From: Piromyces finnis finn
Taxonomy: Eukaryota; Fungi; Neocallimastigomycota
Reading direction: 5' to 3'
Assembly (NCBI GenBank): GCA_002104945.1
Contig: MCFH01000001.1
Span: 2,046,001 to 2,110,000 of the forward strand
DNA length: 64,000 nucleotides
The position numbers were made by a program, and so were the translations under genes. Below are positions 53,833 through 64,000 of the stretch, one piece after another. Position 1 is the first letter of the stretch; the number at the start of each line of letters is the position of its first letter. A model generated the notes under the pieces. The model did no database searches. It was not told where the DNA came from and saw nothing but the letters and a program-made list of their open reading frames with translations.

Positions 53833-54479
53833 ACAATAATATAGTGTTATAAAATAAAAACTTTTTATTTTTCCTCAAGTGAAAAAAAAAAAAAAAAGAA
53901 AAAAGTCGAGGATATATTATCAAGGAACTTTATATAAAAATAACAATATAAATTGTAAATAATCTCATTTAATTGAAATAAAATTATATAGAATTTATAA
54001 TACCATTATTATTTTGTGTAATAATAAAAAAAAAAGTTGAATATTTTTATTATTATTTTTTCTAATAAGTTTTTGTTTTAATATCAGTATTTATATTAAA
54101 ATTATTTCCCTTAATTTATTTTAATTGATTTATTAATTAATATTTTTTTTTTTTTGGAAATTTTTTTTTTATTCTTTTATTTTTTGAAATCTTTGAAATT
54201 TAAAATATTATAAATACATAAATAAAAAGAGTTTGAACAAAAAAATATAAAAGTGTGTAAGGGTTTTATATGAATTTTAAATATAATAAATTATTATAAC
54301 AGAATTATAATAGAATATAATAAATTAATTGTATATTAATTAATTAACAATTTTTATTATAAATATTATTAAATTTAAAACGATAATGCTAACAATTGAA
54401 TTTTAATAATAGAAAATAAGGCTTTACATTTAAATAACTGAAAATATAGACAAATTGAGATTATTAAACATTTTGAAAT

Positions 54480-54836
54480 ATGGCTTCAGATAATAAACCA
54501 GCATTAAAACGTAAAAATGATTCAGACAATATACCAAGCAAAAAAGTTAGGTTTAATAATGAAACCTATGTAAAACATTTCTCCAATGAATTAAATAACA
54601 ATAAAGAAAAAGGATATTATAATAATGTCGCTGAAGATGACGACGACGACGAAGAGGAAGAAATTGAAGATTTTGAAAAATGTATAATTTAATTTTTATT
54701 AACACATTTTAAATACTTTTTTTTTTTTTTTATATAATAAAAGAATAGGTGCATTTTGTTTAAATATCAGAAAAAATTATTTAAAATTTATATACTTCAA
54801 TTAGAAATTTTTAATACAACTAACATCTTTTTTTCT

Positions 54837-54867
<31 letters not shown>

Positions 54868-56526
54868 GAAATAAAAATAAATTTATTAATAATCAGCAAA
54901 AAATCTTCATGGTCGTGTAAATTTAGGTATATTTCAAAGTTTTTAAATACTATTCCAAATAAAATTACATTGAATATTAATATGCATTTACAATTTAATA
55001 AATAATATATATTATATATATATATTGAAAATATCAAATATAGTTATTATATATATTAAAATGAAAGAAAAGTAATAGTTTATTAATATATATATATATA
55101 CATTTTAATTAACGTTTATTATGTTTTTTATTCATTTATATATTTTTTATATAGACGGTTACAACAGTGATTCCGATTCAAACGATGAGGATAATAAAAA
55201 TGATGATGATTTTGATATGTTTGCAGATGAAGATGCAGATAAAAAGAAAAAAGGTAACTTTCTAAATAATAATTCAACATAATATTTTATTGAATATTAA
55301 ATGATAATAATAATTTAACAATTTGTTATAGATAAGAAAGTGAAAGTTGGAAAAATGAAAAGATCCGATATTGAAGGTGAAGAATGGAATGTACCAGAAG
55401 ATGAAGAAGAAGAAAAGATGATGCCATTTAATATGGATAAAGATTTAGAAGAAGGGTAATACAAAATAACATAATAAAAAAATTCTTTTTCCTTTTTTAT
55501 ATAAATATAAAACTAATGGTAATTATAATAATAATAATGATAATGACTTTAACCAATTTAGAGATTTTGATGAAAATGGACATTATATTCCAAAAAAAGA
55601 TGAAAATCAAGTTTATGATAAATGGCTTGAAGATATTTCAAAATCTGATATTATGAAGGTATTTTGTTTATTTATTTTATTATATTTTATTATTTTTATA
55701 AAGAGATATTATAGAGTATTAACAATTTTATATTAATAAATTATATTTATTTATAAAGGCAAAAGCAGCAAAAGAAAAGCAAGATGAAAGAATAAGACAA
55801 CAAGAAAATGAAGAAATAGATATTGATATAAATAAAAATGAATATTATAAAGCTTTAATTATGATTATGAAACCAAGAGAGACTGTATTAAGTGTATGTC
55901 TTAATTAAATTCCTTTAATGTATGATATTGAGAATTTTTATTAATTAATAAATATTTTTTACAATAATATTTTTAATCAATAGGCTATGAAAAGATTTGG
56001 TGGAAATAATCAGAAAGTTCCAAAATGGAAACAAAAGATGTTAGAAAAAAAGAATAAAAACAAAAAAATGGTAACTATTAATATATATTAAAAGTCTAAA
56101 CATATTATATTTATATATCTATACAGATATTAAAATTATAAATAATATTATATATATATATATACATACATAAATAGGCTGTAAATGAAAATCCTGAAAA
56201 AAGTCAAAAAAGTATTGAAGCAATAACAGCAATTTCAGAAAAAATGATGGGATTAGGGGATTATTGTATGTTTTAAAGAATATTCTTTTGTAACATTTCA
56301 ATATAATTAAAATATATTAATATAAATTATTCTTTTTTTTTTTTTTTTTTAACTATTTTTTTTATTAAAAGCAATATATGAAGAAAGTTATGAATCCATT
56401 GTAAGAAAACTTAGAATTGCAGAAGAATTAGATGATGATTGGACACCAGGAGGAAAAGTTGAAATTTCACCTCAAGTAATTCAAGTTATACCCGAAATTA
56501 AATATATTTTAGAAAATGACAAATAA
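54480..56526 (+). CDS. LIN1: CD2BP2/LIN1 (U5-52K)-like spliceosomal protein, multi-exon
   Basis: KKVRF N-terminus, DDFDMFADE, and MPFNMDKDLEEG|DFDENGHYIPKKDENQVYDKWLEDI match the family. IYEESYESIVRKLR lies near the end. Confidence 0.72.
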
Positions 56527-56998
56527 AAAAATAGTTATAAATTCTTGTTTATTATATTTAAATAGAAATTAAATTGTAATAAAAATAAATATTTCATAGT
56601 AATTATAAATAAATAAAAAAAAAAAAGAAGAAATACATAAAATACAAATTTAAACATAAAGTGAAATTATAATTATAATTTGAAATTTCATCTATCCTAG
56701 ATATAAATTAGTTAAAAAAAAAAAAAAAAGTAATCGTCATAATCGTCATAATACATGTCCATATATCATATTAATTTAAATTTATGTAAATATTAACAAT
56801 TTTAATATTTTTTTATTATTTTTATTTTATATCATTTAAAACATTAGTATAAAGAATATTATTATTTATTGCATAATGAAAATAAGTAAATAAATAGTAT
56901 GCTGTTATAAAATGGGTGACTATTTTATAAATTATTATTTTTTGATATATATATTTATGAAGATAAGTTTTATTTTTCGTCTTTTACAATAGTCATTG

Positions 56999-58280
56999 TT
57001 AAACATTATGATTTTTACTTTTAATCCATCTGGAAAGTACATCACGATTCTATTTTTTTATTTTTTAAAATAATATGTTAGAGTTTTCAATTTAAATACT
57101 TTTTTTAATATTATAATACATTACATCATCATCATCTACTAATATATTTTCATCATCATCTGAACTTTCTGAATCATCATCCATAGCATCTTGAGTTTCT
57201 TGTACTACTTTGAAAATCTTTATGAAAATACAAAATTATTATAAATACAGAAAAAAAATTCTTAATTATTTATTTTATTTTAATTTATTTTAATCATTAC
57301 TTCTACTAATTCTGTTTTGATTTCAAGAAATTCTTTTAAGTTTTCCTCTATTAGCATTAAAATTAAGAAATATTTATGTAATTTTTCTAATGAAATTTTA
57401 CTTAAATCCTTTATTATTATGAAATAAAATAATTAAATATAATTAATATTATCATTTTTATTGAAAAAAAAATATTATAATTATTATAATTATGAATGAT
57501 ATCTTACAGGTATTTCATATGGTATTTGTTCTTTAAAAACAGAACTACTTATATCTGGAAATGGTAAAACATTTCTTTGATAAGAACCTTTTCCCTCTAT
57601 ATTTATTGTAATTTAAATATATTTAAATATAAGTTAATACAATTCAAATGCTTAAAATCTTTTTTTTTTCTTCTTAATTTCATATCATACCTGTTGTTTT
57701 TTCTGTAACTAATTTTCTTGTTTTTAATTTATCTTGCTTTTTTTTTTCCAAATAAAATTTTTCCTAAAAATTTATAAAATTAATAATATTTTTTTTTTAT
57801 TTTAATAAAAATCAAAAGGTTTTAGTTATTTAATTTTTTATATTAATAAGATGTCATACAAAATTGGTAACGACCACGGCGATAATCATATTTATAAAAA
57901 CAAATGGTCCAATAATAATAAATAAAGTGAAATAAATAGTTGCAAAAAGAGATTGGCCTGCATCCTATAAATATTAAAAATACAATAGTTTATCGTAATA
58001 GCATTTAATATACTTTTTAAATAATTAAAAAAAATTTAATAAAATAAAGATGGATCAACTTTTTTTTTGCTTACATATAAAAAATCGTATATATCTGTCC
58101 AACCATCTTGTGTTAATAAAATAAATAAGGTATACATGGTTGAACCTAGATTACCAAAATCTTTTTCGTCATATGGTGAGAATAATGTTACTCCGAGTAC
58201 AGCAAAAATAAACATGAAAATCAACAATAAAATGATAATATTAATCATTTCTAATTGTTAATAAAAAATTAATGCATTTA

Positions 58281-58312
<32 letters not shown>

Positions 58313-59926
58313 GAAAAAAGAGAAAAAAGCTTATTATAAATATATAAGAATTTATTAAAATTATAATTATATATTCTTTTTTTTATATATATATTACCTG
58401 GAACAGAGTTAATTAATGTTCCAATAATAGCTTGAATTCCAGACATAAATGTAATACTTTTGAATGAACGTAAAGAACGTAATACTCTAAGAATTTTTAA
58501 AATACGACTATTACTACCCAAAAAGGATGCATCTTTTATAATTATTATTAATAAAAATATTATTAAAATGACCAATAGATATATTAATAATAATTACTAA
58601 TTTAATATGTACATCTTCCTAAAATACCGACAGCGACTAAAACAAAATCAAATATATTCCATCCACTTAACCAAAATCCAAAAAAATCAATATACCATTT
58701 TAAAAAAAGTTCCATAATATATACAGATAGGGTTGCTAAATCAAGAAAGTCAAATAATGCTGGATTTTTTTGAACCTAAAATATTTATTATAATTTATTA
58801 TATATATATATTATATTTTAATATTTTTTTTAAACTCTATGATAAAAAGAAATGATAATAAAATTAATTATAAAAATTATATACCAAGCCTTCATCAGTT
58901 TGAAGTCCAATTAAAATACAATTTAGAATAACCACTAAACACATAGTATATCTAAAATAATTTGATTCTTCTAGTCTAACTGCTAATTTGTTTTTAACAT
59001 AATCATCATAGAATGTATAATCAACATCAACAATATCAGAAAATTTTAAATTTTTCTGTCGTAGTTTTGAAAGATTCTAATAAACGTATTACCAATTAAA
59101 TTTAAATAATGTTACTTTTTTTTTTTTTTTGCTTAATACTATAAAGTATAATTATTATTTTTTTAAATTAGGGTAATATTTGATTTTTTCATATACATAC
59201 ATTTTTCATTGAGTTATTAAAGAAGATATATCTTATTTTGTTATATGAATCTCTTTTTTAATTTTAAATTTTGTTATTGTTATTATAAATGATATTATAA
59301 AAAAGTATTTTAATTCTTTTTTTCTTTTCATATTATAAAATTAAATGTAACATTAACAATAATAATGATAAAATTACATATTTTCTTCTTTCTTTATATC
59401 CATATCTGGAATAAAAAATTGTGGATTATTTAAATGATCTTCAAATATTTTTGCTTTTCTATTATTTTCTTCCGTTTGTTCATTATAAATTTGTGGAATA
59501 TTATAAATTTCTCTAATAATTTCTGGACTATCATCATATTCATTACCTAAATTAGGATTTGATAAATGACCTTCTAATCTTTCTACTGCTTCAGGTATCT
59601 TGTAATTTAAAATACGTTTATCTAAAATACCAGGCTTAATTTTTTATAATTTTAATTCATACCCATTTTATGATAATGAAAAGATAAACAAAAAAAAAAT
59701 ATATATAAATATTAAAATATAGTAGAAAATAATAATAGTAATGGATATTTCATAATAAAAATATTAACATTATAAATAATCAATTATTTATATATACTAA
59801 TGAAAATGCAGGAGCTGTTAATTCAACATCTAATCCAATTTTTTGCCTTCTTGTATCACTCCTTTGTTTAATATTTGATAATAAAGGTCCAGATTCACTA
59901 TTATTTAAATCATCGCTATCATTCAT
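56999..59926 (-). CDS. CatSper-like (CatSper4-type) single-domain 6-TM cation channel subunit, multi-exon
   Basis: S1 CLVVILNCILIGLQT; S2/S3 ELFLKWYIDFFGFWLSGWNIFDF; S4 RILKILRVLRSLRSF; pore FGNLGSTMYTLFILLTQDGWTDIY; S6 FVFINMIIAVVVTNF; C-terminal coiled coil YFLILMLIEENLKEF. Confidence 0.8.
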
Positions 59927-62099
59927 TTTTTATTTTTTATTTAATTTTTTTTAAAAAAAATAATAGAAAGTACATATATTTCAAAAATTATTTTAAATGA
60001 TATATATAATAATTTTATGTATAATATCACAAATTTAAGTTTAATATTAATTTATTTACTACGCGAAGACAAATTATAAAAAAATAAAATAAAATAAAAT
60101 AATATAAAATAAACAAGTTAATAATATTAATATATTTTTTTTAAAAAAATAAAGTAAAATGAATATTAATATATTTCTTAAATTAATAACTTTAAATAAT
60201 AATTAATTTATTTTCTAAAATTTTCAAAATTTTAAATCTCCAAAAAAAAAAAAGAAAATGTGGATGATTTTCAATAGAAAAAAAATTTAATATATTATGT
60301 CTTTTTTTTTTTTTTTTTTTTTTTTTGAATATTTTAGTAAATTAAATATTTTAACATTTTGTATTATAAAATTAAGACAAAAAAAAAATATAGTTTTAAT
60401 ATATTTATAGAATATTAAAGTTTGTAAAAATTATATATATCTTCTGCATTGAAATATAATTATTTATAAATTAAAAAACTTTTATCATGGTTCTCTATAT
60501 GAAACTGTTGAGTATTTCAAAGATAACATAAAGATTTTATTGAATATAATGTTGTAATAGGTTATATTACTGATCATTATATGTTAAGAAGATAATTCAA
60601 GAAAATTTTTATATTATAATTATTCTGATTCATAAAATAGATAACAAAAGACGTAACATAATATATATTCTGTATCGATGTAAGTTTAATATAGATAAAT
60701 TAAATATCTAGTTTTATAATTATAAAACTAAAAGTTATCACTCAACTACTAGTAATTAATATTTTTTTTATCGATATTACTATCATACATGGTATAGATA
60801 TAGCAATTAATAGCTTTTGTTTTTTTTTTAATAAAAATGGGATTAATTAACGATTATAATTTACTTTCTCAATCTATAGTGGGGTATTCTATATATGGAT
60901 ATCATTTTGATTCTTCATACCAAAAAATAAAATATACAAAATTCCTATTAAACTACTATCCTCATCTTAAAATAAAATTTAAATATGCTTTATTATATGG
61001 ATTGACTGTTTATTTACGAAAATTCAAAGAAAAACTTTATCAGAAAGACTTTATTCAGAAGGTTTATGATGATAATAAAACAAAATTAAAAAATAATATT
61101 ACAAATATTGCAAATATTATTCATGGAAATAAATTAAAACTAGAATTAAAAATAAATGTTCACATTCAAAAATGTAGATTAAATCTAATTAATAGCTTTT
61201 ACATGAAAAAGTTTAAGATTTTATTATTATATAATATATATATTCAAAAAATTATTCTTTGTTATTATTCAATTGTTAATTATATAAATAAATATTAAAA
61301 AAAAAAAAAAAAAAAAAAGACCATTAGTAATAATCATGAAAATATCAATTTTTTTTTAAAATTACCCTTTTTTAATTATAATTCTTCCAGAAATTATATA
61401 GAAATATAAAATAAAAAATAGAATTATGAAAAATGTAAAGATTTATTAATAAATAAAATTATATATTTTTATTAAAGTTTCGAGGAATAGTTTAATTTTA
61501 AAAATAAATAAAATAAAAAAATATTGATATCTAATTTATTTTATAGTTCTATTATAATTATTTATATTGCTAAAGTTTTTTTTGTATTACATTACTAAAA
61601 TAATAATAAAGATATAAAGTAATAATGATGAAAATGATAAAAAAAATGTAGAAAAAAGATGAAAAAAAAAAGGAAGAGGATGTATAAATAATAGAATAAA
61701 AAAATTTATTTTCAAAAATTCTAAATTCATTTGTTATATAGTTATACACTAATCTATTAATAATAAAATTATTGATTTAATTTTTTTGAACAGTGTAATA
61801 TTTCTTCATCATATTGACATTCTTATAATTTTATCAATTATCTCCTTTTTTCTTTTCTTTTTTATTGTATTGTTTAATATTACAATTATAAATTCTATCT
61901 TTTTCAATTTTTCAATATAATATATATATATTTTTTTCAAATTAATAAAAATGCCTAAAAATATCAATTCCCCAAATATATTTCTAATGAAAAAAAAAAC
62001 ACTAAAAACAGTAAAATATTTGATATATATAATATAGATTTTAATAATAATAATAATAATGAGATATAATATAATTAATGATTTTCATTCTTTAAATAT

Positions 62100-64000
62100 A
62101 TTAATTAATAGAAAAAAAGTAAAGAAAAAAATGAATTAGATGTTTGCGATATAAAAAAAGAACTATTTAAATTATTATTTATAAATTTCGGAATAGAGAA
62201 AGTAAATTGTCTTTTTTTAATGCTATGTAGTACATTAGTATTTAATGAGTCCGTTTCAAGTCTATCATCTCCAATACTGAGTATAATAAAATATGTCGAT
62301 GAACAAAAACATTTTATATCAGAGGAAAACTTCATTATTATGCTATTAATGAATAAAGTAGCTCATTTTGGTAGGTCTTAGAATTTAAAAATTTATTATA
62401 ATATTTTTACAATATAATTATTATATTATTAATAATTATTAATAATGCCCATATAATTTTTTTTATATATATATATAATTAGAAAATAAAAGAAAAAATA
62501 TTACTGATTTGCTGAGAGACAATAGGTAATAATTAAGATTTTTAGCAATTAATATTATTAGAATAATGATTTAATTATATATATGTATTTAATCATTAGT
62601 ATCCCAATTATGCTTCTTAATAATTATACAAAAGAAAAAGGACAATCATATCTTGTAGAAACCTTAGGAGGACCAATGGAAAAAATATTACCAATGATTT
62701 TTAAATGTGAAATAGATCCACAAAAAATTGAAAGTCAAGTTATAGAAGACATGAAAAAAAAAAACGAAGAATTAATAAATGAATCTGATCAATATAAAAA
62801 TATAGATGTAGATGATAATGAAAATGAAATGAACAACAAAATAAGTGAAGAAGAAATAATAGATAAAGAAGAAGTGAAAAAACAAGTAGATTCTATTTTA
62901 AAAGAAAATACACAAAATATTCAAAAATCATGTACATTATTATTAAAGGCTATTACAACATCAAAGAAAATTATGCCTAGTGGGTTTAAATCAATATGTC
63001 AATCATTAGCATATGTAATTCAAAAAATATACGAAGAAGATAATTTTTTTTTTTCACCAGATGTTTTAAATATATTTGATGAAGAAATTTATGTGGATAA
63101 TAATATAGACGATAATAGTAGTACAGGAAGCGAATTTTTAAAATCAAATGCCTCGTCTGATGAAGAAAGTAGTTTTAATGAGGAAAATATCAAGAGAAAA
63201 AGGAATAGCATTAAAAATGGAAATACAAAAAAAAGTGTAGGTAATTTATGTATTAACACAAAAATTTTAAAGCATTCTTATCAAAACTGTAATGATAATT
63301 GTAATTACAGTAATAAAACGTCAGATTCAATGGAATTAATTAATTTATGCCCACCTAGAACAGCAACTTCAGAATATTCCATTAAAATAAAATTACCAAC
63401 ACATATGCATGATTCATTTGAATCTTATGATGATTTATCATCTGATTTCTCATCATCTGAAAGTGAAAGTTCATCATCTACTATTTCATGTTCTAGTATC
63501 AAACTTTTTATTCCATCATATGAAGAAAAAAGTGCTGGAAATTATCTTATTCATGATAATGATATAAACTCTGAGATATTTGAAAATGGCTCTGATACTA
63601 AAGAAGAATCTTATCATGCAAATGAGGAATCATCAATTCAAAGTTTGATTATTGGGACATTATTGTTCTTAAGATTTTTTATTCCAGGTAGAATATATAC
63701 TAATATTAATATGCTTAAGTTTTTAATATATAATAATTTTTATTTATTTATATGCAAAATGATTTATAGCTATAACTTCTCCTGATTTATATAGTATTGT
63801 ACCAAATAAATTATCAATGGATTATAGAAGAGGATTAATTTTATGTGGTAAAGTATTAACAGCAATGTGCAATGATGTTGAATTTGGTGGAAAAGAACAA
63901 TATATGACTTGTTTTAATAATTTTTTACATGAAAAAAAATTTGATCTACAAGAATTTATATCTTGGACAATCTTACCAGATAAAAATGATGTATGAATAT
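62100..64000 (+). CDS. Ras GTPase-activating protein (RasGAP domain), partial; start uncertain, runs off the window
   Basis: DLLRDNS exon (~62480-62523), YLVETLG, CEIDPQK, IGTLLFLRFFIP, and LILCGKVLTAMCNDVEFGGKEQYMTCFNNFL. Confidence 0.85.

Noticed and set aside
60837-61298. 153-aa ORF as an independent gene
   Set aside because: Composition is close to AT-rich background. It may be an upstream exon of the RasGAP gene, but I could not establish the splice path.

Overview
Extremely AT-rich, intron-containing eukaryotic DNA. Gene content and composition suggest an anaerobic gut fungus (Neocallimastigomycota; inference). The flanks carry ordinary genes: PER1/PGAP3 3' end, LARP1 (La motif plus DM15), a ~1450-aa coiled-coil protein, NSRP1/CCDC55, CD2BP2/LIN1 and a RasGAP. 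Three less ordinary genes are also present: an LRR surface protein built from 72-nt one-repeat exons, a CatSper4-like flagellar cation channel subunit (pore TQDGW), and two paralogous orphan 7-TM receptor-like genes (27.3 kb + and 46.7-48.2 kb -). These two paralogs bracket a ~13-kb rearranged accessory island (29.8-43.5 kb), which is the most unusual part of the window. The island holds three near-identical intronless copies of a bacterial-type Rpn/PD-(D/E)XK_2 'recombination-promoting nuclease/putative transposase' gene with mosaic, C-terminally variable sequences. It also holds a decayed APE-RT LINE whose 3' end abuts the Rpn downstream flank in two copies, and a 1.17-kb SINE-like insertion (tRNA-like segment, LINE-related tail, 5-bp TSD, empty sites visible in sister copies). 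A 25-bp insertion sits at the same GTATAAAT motif, and the third Rpn copy has been inverted in place, making a ~1.6-kb-arm inverted repeat. All calls are from reading the sequence by eye; no database search was run.
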